Assembly (NCBI GenBank): GCA_963665125.2
Contig: CAXXUK010000001.1
Coordinates: 1,824,001 to 1,888,000, forward strand
Direction: 5' to 3'
Source: an uncultured Desulfarculus sp.
Lineage (GTDB): Bacteria; Desulfobacterota; Desulfarculia; Desulfarculales; Desulfarculaceae
Length of the DNA stretch: 64,000 nt
The translations under genes were made by a program, and so were the position numbers. Below are positions 37,327 through 46,987 of this stretch, one piece after another. Under the pieces are notes generated by a model, which saw nothing but the letters and a program-made list of their open reading frames with translations, did not search any database and was not told the DNA's origin. Position 1 is the stretch's first letter; each line of letters begins with the position of its first letter.

Positions 37327-38568
37327 TTGCTGCGGATTGTGATCCACGGCCGAATCCCCCAAGAGTTGCAAAGGCAATACGAACAGACCCTGGACCACGA
37401 TCTGCCCCGGGAGGCCAAGGCCCTCCCGCCGGTGCGCGTCAGCTTCAGCAACGACGAGCCGGAGCTGTTGCGCGCCCTGAACAAGCGGCCCGCGCACATG
37501 TTTGTCAGCATCGGCCCCCAGCCCGCGCCCCTGGCCCTATTGCCCCTGCACCACCGCCGCCGTTGGGCCCACTTTGACCAGCCGCCCTCACCGGCGGACC
37601 TGCTACGGGTGATCCACGAGACATATCTGAGCTACGCCCTGTTCCCGTCCTGCGTGGAAAACGCCCAGCCCCTGGTTTCGGTTTACACGCCCACCTACAA
37701 CCCCGGCCCGTTCCTGCTGGAGGCCTATGACTCGCTGAAAAGCCAGACCTACGGCAACTGGGAGTGGATTATCGTCGACGACGGCTCCATTGACGGAACC
37801 AAGCGCACCCTGCGTGAGCTGTCGGAACTAGACCACCGGGTGCGGGTCTACTTTCCCCAGCGCGCGGGCCAAGCCAACATCGGCCTGATCAAGCGCACCT
37901 GCACGGGCCTGTGCCTGGGCGAGATCCTGGTGGAGTTGGACCACGACGACCTGCTCACAGGCGACTGCCTGGCCGAGGTGGCCGGGGCGTTCGCGGCCGA
38001 CCCGGATCTGGGCATGGTCCACTCAAACTTCGCCGAGTTTTACCCCGACGGCTCTGCCCACACCTATCCCGAATGGGTCGACCGGGGCCGCTACCGTCAA
38101 ACCGAATACCGGGGGCGCGCCTATGCCGAGGCCCTGGCCTACGACGTGTACGGCGATGTTTACGGCGCCGGGCCGGTCATCCAGCACATGGCCGTATGCC
38201 CCAACCACGTGCGGGCCTTCCGGGCCTCGGAACTGTGGCGCATCGGCGGCTACAACCCTGACCTGACCCTGGCCGACGACTATGACCTGATGATCCGCAT
38301 GTTCGTGCACAGCAAAATCGGCCATATCCCCAAGATGCTCTATCTCTACCGCATCCACGACAACACCTGGAGCAGGTTCAACGACTTTGCCCGCTGGATG
38401 TTCAATATCGTGGAAAAGCGCTGGAGGGTGGAGTTGGAGCGGCGGATAGACGAACTCAAGGCCCGGGGCATGTGGAACCCGGAGCCCCAGGGCGAGTTGC
38501 CGTCCGGTCATCCGGCCCTGGCCAGGGCCGCAGAGGGCGTCAAGGCCCGGGGAATCAAATACCCTTAA
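37327..38568 (+). CDS. Glycosyltransferase family 2 with N-terminal extension
   Basis: VSVYTPTYN, WEWIIVDDGS, ELDHDD, ADDYDL; start uncertain. Confidence 0.85.
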   Translation: MLRIVIHGRIPQELQRQYEQTLDHDLPREAKALPPVRVSFSNDEPELLRALNKRPAHMFVSIGPQPAPLALLPLHHRRRWAHFDQPPSPADLLRVIHETYLSYALFPSCVENAQPLVSVYTPTYNPGPFLLEAYDSLKSQTYGNWEWIIVDDGSIDGTKRTLRELSELDHRVRVYFPQRAGQANIGLIKRTCTGLCLGEILVELDHDDLLTGDCLAEVAGAFAADPDLGMVHSNFAEFYPDGSAHTYPEWVDRGRYRQTEYRGRAYAEALAYDVYGDVYGAGPVIQHMAVCPNHVRAFRASELWRIGGYNPDLTLADDYDLMIRMFVHSKIGHIPKMLYLYRIHDNTWSRFNDFARWMFNIVEKRWRVELERRIDELKARGMWNPEPQGELPSGHPALARAAEGVKARGIKYP

Positions 38569-40139
38569 TCAGCCAAAGTGCGCGCAGCATGGCCCGCCAC
38601 GGCCGACACCTGTTGCCACAGTGCCTTTTGCAGCCGGACCTGTTTTGCCGGTTCGGGCTCGTCCAGGCTTGCCAGGCGGTGGGTCAGGTAGATGGCCAGG
38701 GGCTTGACCAGCGGCTCGCGCAGGCCCAGGGCCCGGACCTCGGCGCCCAGGGCGTTGAGCCGGGACAAAGCTCCCTGGGCCTTGTTGGCGGGGGCCTTTC
38801 CGCTGATGGCCTTTTGGATCGTCTCCAGGGCTTCACAGGCCTGAGCGGCCAGATCGACGAACTCCGCCAGGGAGGCCGGTTCCTGAATTGATTGCCGATC
38901 ATTGCGCGGCGCACGCAGGGACGCGCCGGGCCGCAGCACGGCCAGCCAGGCCCCGCGCATGGCCCCATGAGCCCGCTCCAGGGGGTCGGGGCGCAGGGCC
39001 CGCCAGTCCAGCCGGCCGTCGTCGGCCATGAACGCCTGATAAAACCGGGCCTTGCTGCCTTGGGGCAATTCAAACTCGCCGCCCAACACCACATCAAAGG
39101 CGGCCATGGCGTCGGCCGGGGTTATGGTCCGCCAGCAATCCATGTGGCCGCATTGGACCGAGTTGAGGCACGGGGCGCAATCCAGATCAGCCTCCAGGAC
39201 GATATTGCCGGAGCGATACGGCCCGGTGGCCCGGAATTGGGCCTTGCCCAGGCTGACGGCCACGGTGGGCAGGCCCACGGCCGAGGCCAAGTGGATAGTG
39301 CCGGTGTCATTGCTGATCAGGGCCCGGCAGCGCCCCAACAGGGCCACCAATACGCCGATGTCGGTTCGCCCGGCGACCATCACCGCAGCGGGGCCGATGC
39401 CGGCGGCGACCTGGGCGGCCAGGGTTTGCTCATGGGCCGCCCCGGTCAGGACCGGGCGAAAGCCCCGCCGGACCAGTTCGCGGCCCACGGTAATGAAATT
39501 TTCAGCGGGCCATCGGCGGTCGTGCTTGCCCGCCCCGGCCTGCAAGGCCACCAAAAGCTCATCAGGCCCCACGCCCATCTCGGCCAGCAGCGACGCGGCG
39601 TTTTGGCGGTCCTGCCCCTTGACGAAAAATTGCAGGCCCGGCGTCGGCGGCCGCACCCCGGCGGCCAGGCAGTGCAGATCGGCCATGTGCAGGGCGTTGA
39701 GGGCCGGTTCGTCGATGAAGTTGTGATAATAGGCGGGCCAGTCGCCACGCATGACCATGGCCCCGGCAGATGTGAGGTCGGAGCCGATGACCTGGGGCCC
39801 CCTGGTCAGAAAACTCAGGGCCGCAGCCAGTTCATTGAAGCAGGGGTTGAAAACCAGGTCATAGCCGGGGATCAACCCTTCGGTAAAACGGGCCAATCCG
39901 GCCAGGGTCAGCACCGTGGCCTGGGCCTCCTCGGGCTGGTTGGCGGCTTGGTAAAATTGCACATAGGGAAAGGCGATGTATCCGTCCACCGCCGGGTTGC
40001 CTTCGAGTACACGCTTGAATGGCTGATTGGCCAGAACATCGATTTGGGCGTCCGGATAGGCGCTACGCAGACCGGCCAGCAGCGGTGCACACAGGGCCAG
40101 GTCGCCCAGGGCCAGGGTCTGGATCAGAAGGATGCGCAT
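38565..40139 (-). CDS. Glycosyltransferase family 9 (heptosyltransferase-like) with C-terminal extension
   Basis: ILLIQTLALGD, QAGAG...RRWP, ISNDTGTIHLASAVG, CAPC...C...C. Confidence 0.88.
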   Translation of the reverse strand: MRILLIQTLALGDLALCAPLLAGLRSAYPDAQIDVLANQPFKRVLEGNPAVDGYIAFPYVQFYQAANQPEEAQATVLTLAGLARFTEGLIPGYDLVFNPCFNELAAALSFLTRGPQVIGSDLTSAGAMVMRGDWPAYYHNFIDEPALNALHMADLHCLAAGVRPPTPGLQFFVKGQDRQNAASLLAEMGVGPDELLVALQAGAGKHDRRWPAENFITVGRELVRRGFRPVLTGAAHEQTLAAQVAAGIGPAAVMVAGRTDIGVLVALLGRCRALISNDTGTIHLASAVGLPTVAVSLGKAQFRATGPYRSGNIVLEADLDCAPCLNSVQCGHMDCWRTITPADAMAAFDVVLGGEFELPQGSKARFYQAFMADDGRLDWRALRPDPLERAHGAMRGAWLAVLRPGASLRAPRNDRQSIQEPASLAEFVDLAAQACEALETIQKAISGKAPANKAQGALSRLNALGAEVRALGLREPLVKPLAIYLTHRLASLDEPEPAKQVRLQKALWQQVSAVAGHAARTLAD

Positions 40140-40342
40140 CAGTCTTGCCGCACCCGCAGATAGTCCAGCATGATCACGCAGGCGGCCAGGCGGTTCAGAG
40201 GCCTGCCCGGCTCGGCCAGGGCCCTGAGCACGCTCAGGGTGGCCGGGGTCTGGGGCGGCAAGCCATCCAACAACTGGGCAAGGTGCTCGTCGGCAGCGGA
40301 TACCTGGCCCACGGTGGGCATTTGTCTGGGCTTGTCGTTCAC
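40139..40342 (-). CDS. Small hypothetical protein (67 aa)
   Basis: Start and stop overlap both neighbours (GTGA and TGATG couplings). Confidence 0.55.
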   Translation of the reverse strand: MNDKPRQMPTVGQVSAADEHLAQLLDGLPPQTPATLSVLRALAEPGRPLNRLAACVIMLDYLRVRQD

Positions 40343-41361
40343 TTGGCCTGAGCCCGCTGGCTCTGGGGCAGGATCAGGCCCTGCTCCTGATAATAGCGCA
40401 ATGCCCCCTTGTGCAGAGGCAGGGGCAGGCCCCGCAGGGCGTTGTTCAGGCAGATGTGGCGTCCCATGGGATGGGCTCCCGTGAGATAATATTCGTGGGT
40501 CATCAGAACCCGCAGCAGATCGTGGACCACCTGCTCCGGCAAAGAAGCGTCGCAGACCAGGAGATTGGGCTGGGCAATGGTGTGGACGTCCTTTTTTTGG
40601 CCCGGATAGGTGTCCGCCGGAATTACATAGCGGAATCCCGGATAAAACGTGTTGTTGTTGATCGCAGCTATTTGGGCCTCGCTGAATTGCAGGATAACCG
40701 GCTTGTGTTTGCCCGCCTTGAAGATATCGGTCACCGCTGCGCTGGGTGGCCCCGAGCCCAAATTCGCGCCCTGGGCCTTGCCGCTCTTAAAGGCATTGGC
40801 AGCATCTTCATACCCCATGTACAGGGGCTTGATGTCGTTTATGGTCAGGCCCAGGCCTTTCATGATCTCCAGGCCGCTTTGGGTCGTGCCGCTGTTTTGC
40901 TTGCCCAGGACAAAGCTGAGCCCCTTGATGTCCAGGGGCGTGCCGCTTTTGACCTTGCCGCCGTCAATGACAAAATGTTCAACATTGGGCCAGAGCATGC
41001 AAATGGCCCGCAGGTTCGTTTTAGGAGCATCCTTGTACGGCCCCAGCCCCCGCCAGGCCATTTTACCGAACATGCCCTGGATTATTGCCAGTTGGGCCTC
41101 GTTGCCCAGCATTTCCAGATTTTGTTTACTTCCGGCGGTGTCGATCACCTTACAGTAAATGCTTTTACTCTCAAGGCGGTCGTTCCACAGTTTGGCCATG
41201 GCCAAGCCCATGTGATAAAACGTGCCGCCGTTTGTAGCGGTGGCCAGGGTCAAAATCAGCGGCTTGTCCTTGGTTTGGTCCGCCAGCGCCGGTCCTCCAA
41301 GGGCAAGGCACATACAACACACCGATAAAACAAATGCAATTACCTTTTTTTTATGAATCAT
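40339..41361 (-). CDS. TAXI-family TRAP solute-binding protein
   Basis: Signal peptide; ATATNGGTFY, TAGSKQNL, LWPNVEHFV, IPADTYPGQ, PLHKGALRYY. Confidence 0.9.
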   Translation of the reverse strand: MIHKKKVIAFVLSVCCMCLALGGPALADQTKDKPLILTLATATNGGTFYHMGLAMAKLWNDRLESKSIYCKVIDTAGSKQNLEMLGNEAQLAIIQGMFGKMAWRGLGPYKDAPKTNLRAICMLWPNVEHFVIDGGKVKSGTPLDIKGLSFVLGKQNSGTTQSGLEIMKGLGLTINDIKPLYMGYEDAANAFKSGKAQGANLGSGPPSAAVTDIFKAGKHKPVILQFSEAQIAAINNNTFYPGFRYVIPADTYPGQKKDVHTIAQPNLLVCDASLPEQVVHDLLRVLMTHEYYLTGAHPMGRHICLNNALRGLPLPLHKGALRYYQEQGLILPQSQRAQAK

Positions 41362-42112
41362 AGCCGCCCTCTACCGAAAAAAGACCATGCATGGAAGCAA
41401 ACAATGCCGCGATTCAAGAAAACATCCTAGCACACCATTGCCGCGCCACAAAGGCTCACTAGTCAGGGCTGAAATTGACCGGCAATATCAATGGTGCGCA
41501 AAATCACAAAAGGGCCACGTTCAAAAACAAACACTGTTACACTCCAGAGGATCAGCCCGTTAGGTTTGAAATTATCTTTATCATTACAACTCGTTACATT
41601 GCTTGTCGCATTTCATTGTTTTCAAGGTTTGGCCGCCAAACAATAGTCACCGCATTGCGACCCTGTTCATTTGCCCCCTTGACTTAAAAAAGACGAATCC
41701 TTTATGGATTTAATAATGTATCTACACACCGGGCCGTACAAGCAGCCAAGAGGTTTATGAAAAAACAAAGCATCGGCAGACCAGGTATAACGTTTGCGCC
41801 GCCATGGCGGAGCACTCGGAATTATTCAACACCTGGTGGCTTTGTTGACCATGGCTGGCCATATTGCCAGCGGTCCGACTTTCGGATCAGCGTGACAAAA
41901 CACAACTTGTTGAGTTTAGACGGCCAAGTACGCCGCCGGGCATGATTTGGGGCTCATTTGCCCCGGCTATGCTGCGGCGGTTTCACATGCATCGATGACC
42001 GCCCAAAGCGTCCGAGGTATTCGGCTAACGAACCGGATAAAACCGGTGAAACAAGTTTGCGTTCAGCGCCTTGGTGCATCTGCGCACCATGGCCGCATGA
42101 TCCGGGAGGCAC

Positions 42113-42913
42113 ATGTCCATCCTGCAAGTTGACGACCTTCACCTGTCGTTTGGCGGACTCAAGGTACTCAACCAGATCAATTTTTCCATTGAGGAAGGCG
42201 AAATTTTCGCCATCATCGGGCCCAATGGCGCGGGCAAGACCTCCATCGTCAATTGCATCAGCGGCTTTTACAAGCCTGACAAGGGACACATCAGCTTTCA
42301 GGGCCGCGACATCTCAAAGGTCAGCGCCGACCGCAGGGCCGGTCTGGGCCTGGGCCGCACATTTCAGAACATCGCCCTGTTCCGGGGCATGACCGTTTTG
42401 GACAATATCAAGCTGGGAGCCCACGCCCACATGAAAACGGGGTTGCTCAGCGCCCTGCTCTATTGGGGCAATGCCCACCGGGAAGAGATGGACCTTCGCC
42501 TGGAGGTGGAGGAGGACGTCATCGATTTCTTGGAGATCCAGAATATCCGCAAGCTTCCGGTCGGTTCATTGGCCTACGGCCTGCAAAAGCGGGTGGAGTT
42601 GGGCCGCGCCTTGGCCATGAAGCCCAAGATATTGCTGATGGACGAACCGGTGGCCGGAATGAACGCCGAGGAGACCGAGGACATGGCCCGGTTCATCCTG
42701 GACATCAAGGAGGAGCGGGATATGACCATTGTGATCATCGAACATGACATGAAGATGATCATGGACATAAGCGACCGGGTAATGGTCGTCAATTTCGGTG
42801 AAAAGCTGGCTGAAGGACGCCCCGAGGAAGTTCAGAACCACCCGGAGGTAATCAAGGCCTACCTGGGAGAAAAGAAAGCCCGCGATGGACATATTCCTGC
42901 AACTGATCGTTAA
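42113..42913 (+). CDS. ABC transporter ATP-binding protein (LivG-like)
   Basis: GPNGAGKT, RTFQN, LLMDEP, IEHDM. Confidence 0.93.
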   Translation: MSILQVDDLHLSFGGLKVLNQINFSIEEGEIFAIIGPNGAGKTSIVNCISGFYKPDKGHISFQGRDISKVSADRRAGLGLGRTFQNIALFRGMTVLDNIKLGAHAHMKTGLLSALLYWGNAHREEMDLRLEVEEDVIDFLEIQNIRKLPVGSLAYGLQKRVELGRALAMKPKILLMDEPVAGMNAEETEDMARFILDIKEERDMTIVIIEHDMKMIMDISDRVMVVNFGEKLAEGRPEEVQNHPEVIKAYLGEKKARDGHIPATDR

Positions 42914-43769
42914 TGGCATTGCCGTCGGAGGCGTCTACGCCCTGATCGCCCTGGGCTTTGTGCTGATCTACAAGGCCACCAGCATCATCAACTTCGCCAC
43001 CGGCGAGTTCATGATGGTCGGGGCGTTCATCTTCTATTCGCTGATGGTCTATCTGGAGCTACCGGCCATAGCCTCGTTCATCGTGGCCATGGCCTTTGCC
43101 GCGTTGCTGGGTTTTTTGGTGGAGCGCCTCATCCTGCGGCACATGCTGGGCCAACCAACCATCAGCATCGTGATGGTCACCATCGGCTTGGGGGCCATCC
43201 TGCTCGGCCTGGCCGAGATGATCTGGGGCGCCGAGTTCCGCAGCTTCCCGCGGTTGTTCCCCAGGGCTCCAATCATTATGGGCGACGTCATCATCCTCTC
43301 GAACCTTTTCTGGGGATTTGTCATCTCCTTGGTGGCCGTGATCATCTTCGCCCTGTTGTTTAAATACGCCAAGGTGGGAGTGGCCATGCGGGCCACGGCC
43401 GACGACCAGGCCGCCTCCTTTTCCATGGGCATCAACGTAAAAAGCATGTTCACCATATCGTGGTCATTCGGGGCCATAGCGGCCAGCCTGGGCGGCATCA
43501 TTATCGGCAACATCGGCGGCGTGCACCCTGAGCTCGGCCACATCGGCCTGAAGATTTTCCCGGTGGTCATCCTGGGGGGACTTGACTCCATCGGCGGAGC
43601 CATCCTGGGGGGATTCATCGTGGGCATCATCGAAAACCTGGCCGGAGGATATCTGGACCCGTACTTCCACGGCGGCATCAAACAACTGGCTCCTTTCGTG
43701 GTCTTGGTGCTTATCCTGCTGGTAAAGCCTTACGGCCTGTTCGGCAAGCATGAAATAGAGAGGCTGTAA
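42885..43769 (+). CDS. ABC transporter permease (LivH-like)
   Basis: YALIALGFVLIYKA...NFA.G, MRATA, ILGGLDS. Confidence 0.93.
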   Translation: MDIFLQLIVNGIAVGGVYALIALGFVLIYKATSIINFATGEFMMVGAFIFYSLMVYLELPAIASFIVAMAFAALLGFLVERLILRHMLGQPTISIVMVTIGLGAILLGLAEMIWGAEFRSFPRLFPRAPIIMGDVIILSNLFWGFVISLVAVIIFALLFKYAKVGVAMRATADDQAASFSMGINVKSMFTISWSFGAIAASLGGIIIGNIGGVHPELGHIGLKIFPVVILGGLDSIGGAILGGFIVGIIENLAGGYLDPYFHGGIKQLAPFVVLVLILLVKPYGLFGKHEIERL

Positions 43770-43795
43770 ATGAAACCCGCTGATCGGAACAGCTT

Positions 43796-44839
43796 ATGCG
43801 CATAGGCGATTTCAAACAGTCCTACGCCTCGGACGAGGCCGTATTCCGCACCCCCACGGCCAAGTTCTGGCTGGCGGTGCTCATGGCCGGGCTGTTGATC
43901 TTCCCGTTCGTGGTGGGCAACTACCTGCTGTACATGGCCAACCTGGTTGGCGTGTCCATCGTGGCGGCCGTGGGGTTAAACATCCTGACAGGTTCGGCGG
44001 GCCAGATATCGCTGGGCCATGCGGCCTTCGTGGGCATCGGCGGCTACACGGCGGCGATTCTGACCACCAAGCTGGGCCTGCCCTTTCTGATCTGCCTGCC
44101 CCTGGCGGGGCTGTCGGCGGCGTTTTTCGGGATCATCGTCGGCGCGCCGTCAATGCGCATGAAGGGCCTGTACCTATGCATCGCCACCTTGGCCGCCCAG
44201 GTGATCTTCGAGTTCATCTTCGTGCACTGGCAGTCAATGACCGGCGGCATCAGCGGCATCAACCTGCCGCCCCCGGAGATATTCGGCCTTGCGGTGGACA
44301 ACGAATTCAAGTTCTATTTCGTCAATCTGGCGGTGGTGATCGTCACCGTCACAGTGGCCCGCAACCTGTTCCGCACCAGGGTTGGACGGGCATTCATCGC
44401 CATCCGCGACCGGGACATCTCGGCCGAGCTTATGGGTATAAACCTGTTCCGCTACAAGATGTACGCATTTGCCGTCAGTTCGTTCATGGCAGGCGTGGCC
44501 GGATGCCTGTGGGTCAATTTCCTGCGGGTGGTCACGCCCGAGCACTTCCCGCTCATGGAAAGCATACGCTATCTGGCCATGATCATCGTCGGCGGCCTGG
44601 GCAGCGTGCTTGGCTCCATCTTCGGAGCCATCTTCATGACCATTATCCCCGAGGCCCTGAAAAACATAATGGCCTCATTGGCCGAAACTTTCCCCTTGGC
44701 CATGAGCTATCTGTTCCCCATGCAGCAGGTGGTCTTCGGCTTGCTGATAGTGGTGTTCCTGGTGTTCGAGCCCCATGGTTTGGCCGAGATTTGGCGCAGG
44801 ACCAAGGATTATTTCCGCCTTTGGCCCTTCAAGTACTAG
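43796..44839 (+). CDS. ABC transporter permease (LivM-like)
   Basis: GLNILTG.AGQISLGHAAF, IATLA, GRAFIAIRD, IVGGLGS. Confidence 0.93.
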   Translation: MRIGDFKQSYASDEAVFRTPTAKFWLAVLMAGLLIFPFVVGNYLLYMANLVGVSIVAAVGLNILTGSAGQISLGHAAFVGIGGYTAAILTTKLGLPFLICLPLAGLSAAFFGIIVGAPSMRMKGLYLCIATLAAQVIFEFIFVHWQSMTGGISGINLPPPEIFGLAVDNEFKFYFVNLAVVIVTVTVARNLFRTRVGRAFIAIRDRDISAELMGINLFRYKMYAFAVSSFMAGVAGCLWVNFLRVVTPEHFPLMESIRYLAMIIVGGLGSVLGSIFGAIFMTIIPEALKNIMASLAETFPLAMSYLFPMQQVVFGLLIVVFLVFEPHGLAEIWRRTKDYFRLWPFKY

Positions 44840-44949
44840 GGCGGGCGGCAAAAAACATAGACGGGCTATCGCAATTGGCCACGCCAGCGAAAGACCAGCA
44901 GTGATGCGACGCGGCCCAAAACCAAACTCTTGAGGGAGGTACTTTAATC

Positions 44950-46131
44950 ATGAGGCTAAAATCGTTTCTCTGCCTGGTAGCGGTCCTATGCCTGACGGCC
45001 GCCATGACGACACCGGCCCTGGCCGCCGATGAAATCGTGGTGGGCGGCTGCCAGCCCATTACCGGCCGCTTCGCCTTTGCCGGCAAGCACATCCACCAGG
45101 GACTGGCCGACTACCTGGACTACACCAACTCTCAGGGTGGCATCGACGGCATCAAATTCAGATACATCTACGAAGACACCGGCTACGACCTCAAGCGGGC
45201 CATCGCCTCGTTCAAGAAAATCATGGCCCAGGACAAGCCGGTGATGATGTACGGCGAGTCCACGGGCCTGGGCAAGGCCATGGCCGAAGACATCAACAAC
45301 CGTTACCACGTGCTCTACGGGTCAACCAGCTTCTCGGAAATGCTGGCCGACCGGGCCAAGAATCCCTATATCTTCGTCTCCGGGCCGACCTACGCCCAAC
45401 AGTTCGGCGTGCTGCTTAAATACATAGCCGAGCATCCCAAAAAGAAGGGCGTGGCGCCCAAGGTGGCCTTCTTCTACAGCGACACAGAATTCGGCCGCGA
45501 TCCCATCCCCTATGCCAGGGAAATGGCCCAAAAGCTGGGCATCGAGGTGGTTGCCGAGGAAGTGACCAAGGTCGGCGCGGTGGATATCACCAGCCAACTC
45601 CTGGACCTCAAGAGGAAGCAGCCCGACTTCTGCATCTTCCAGGGCTATGTCGTCTCGCCAATCAACCAGGTGATTCTTGGAGCCAAGGACTTTGGCCTGG
45701 ACATCACCTTCATGGGCACCTTCTGGGCCATGAACAAGATGCTGTTGGACAAGCTGGGCGCCGACGCCGAAGGCTACATGGGCGTCAACCCCTATGCCTA
45801 TTGGTATGAAGAAGACGTGCCCATGATCAAGGTCATCCGGGAGTACAACGCCAAGCATCACCCGGATGAAAAGTACCGCCCCAACTCCTACATGCAGGGA
45901 TGGTTCACGGGCATGATCTATGTCAAGCTGGCCCAAATGTGCAAGGCCAAGGGCCTGCCCATCACCGGCGAAAACCTCAAGAGCATGATTCCCGAGATCA
46001 AGGACTGGGACACCGGCGGTCTGGCCGGAAAGATCAGCTTTAAAAGCTCCAACGCCACGGCCCAGGGCAAGGTCTTCCAGGCCAAGGGCGGAAAATACGT
46101 TCCGGTCTCCGACTGGATTCAATTGGACTAA
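44950..46131 (+). CDS. ABC transporter substrate-binding protein (LivJ/K-like)
   Basis: Signal peptide; PITG, EDTGYD, periplasmic binding protein type 1 pattern. Confidence 0.9.
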   Translation: MRLKSFLCLVAVLCLTAAMTTPALAADEIVVGGCQPITGRFAFAGKHIHQGLADYLDYTNSQGGIDGIKFRYIYEDTGYDLKRAIASFKKIMAQDKPVMMYGESTGLGKAMAEDINNRYHVLYGSTSFSEMLADRAKNPYIFVSGPTYAQQFGVLLKYIAEHPKKKGVAPKVAFFYSDTEFGRDPIPYAREMAQKLGIEVVAEEVTKVGAVDITSQLLDLKRKQPDFCIFQGYVVSPINQVILGAKDFGLDITFMGTFWAMNKMLLDKLGADAEGYMGVNPYAYWYEEDVPMIKVIREYNAKHHPDEKYRPNSYMQGWFTGMIYVKLAQMCKAKGLPITGENLKSMIPEIKDWDTGGLAGKISFKSSNATAQGKVFQAKGGKYVPVSDWIQLD

Positions 46132-46186
46132 CAGGCTCCCGGGCCGGGGCGTGGCTTCGCTCTGGCCCGGGACCATGGAGAGCGGT

Positions 46187-46987
46187 TTGGCGCCCCTATT
46201 GCAAATCAACAACCTCGAGGTTGTCTACAATAACGTAATCCTGGTGCTTAAGGGATTGTCCCTACAGGTCCAAGAGGCATCAATCGTTGCGCTGCTGGGC
46301 TCCAATGGAGCCGGCAAGTCCACTACCCTCAAGGCCATCAGCGGGTTGCTTCCCTTGGAAGACGGCGAGATCACCGATGGTCAGATCCTCTATCAGGACA
46401 CCCCCTTGGCCGGACTGGCTCCCCACAAAATCGTAAGGACCGGAATCTTCCAGGTCATGGAAGGCCGCCGCATCTTCGAGGATCTTACGGTGGAGGAAAA
46501 CCTCGCCTGCGGGGCCTATACCCGCCGAGACCGAGCCGGCGTAAACCAGGACATGGAAAAGTGCCTGAATTACTTTCCGGTCCTGAAAAAACGAATCAAG
46601 CAAACGGCGGGGTACCTTAGCGGCGGCGAACAGCAGATGCTGGCCATCAGCCGGGCGCTGTTGGCCCGGCCCAAGCTGATGATGCTCGACGAGCCGTCCC
46701 TGGGCCTGGCCCCGCTGCTGGTCGAGGAAATATTCGAGATCATAGCCAAGATCAACAAAAACGAGGGCACCACGATCCTGCTGGTGGAGCAAAACGCCCA
46801 GATGGCCCTGGAGATAGCCGACTACGGCTACATCATGGAAAACGGCCGGGTGGTCCTGGACGGCGAGGTCGATTTGCTCCTGGGCGACCAGGACGTGCAG
46901 GAATTTTATCTGGGCGTGGGCCATGCCGGTAAAGGCAGCTACCGCGACGTCAAGCATTACAAGCGGAGGAAAAGGTGGTTGAGCTGA
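46187..46987 (+). CDS. ABC transporter ATP-binding protein (LivF-like)
   Basis: GSNGAGKST, LSGGEQQM, LDEPSLGLAP; C-terminal HYKRRKRWLS; start uncertain (46175/46187). Confidence 0.92.
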   Translation: MAPLLQINNLEVVYNNVILVLKGLSLQVQEASIVALLGSNGAGKSTTLKAISGLLPLEDGEITDGQILYQDTPLAGLAPHKIVRTGIFQVMEGRRIFEDLTVEENLACGAYTRRDRAGVNQDMEKCLNYFPVLKKRIKQTAGYLSGGEQQMLAISRALLARPKLMMLDEPSLGLAPLLVEEIFEIIAKINKNEGTTILLVEQNAQMALEIADYGYIMENGRVVLDGEVDLLLGDQDVQEFYLGVGHAGKGSYRDVKHYKRRKRWLS

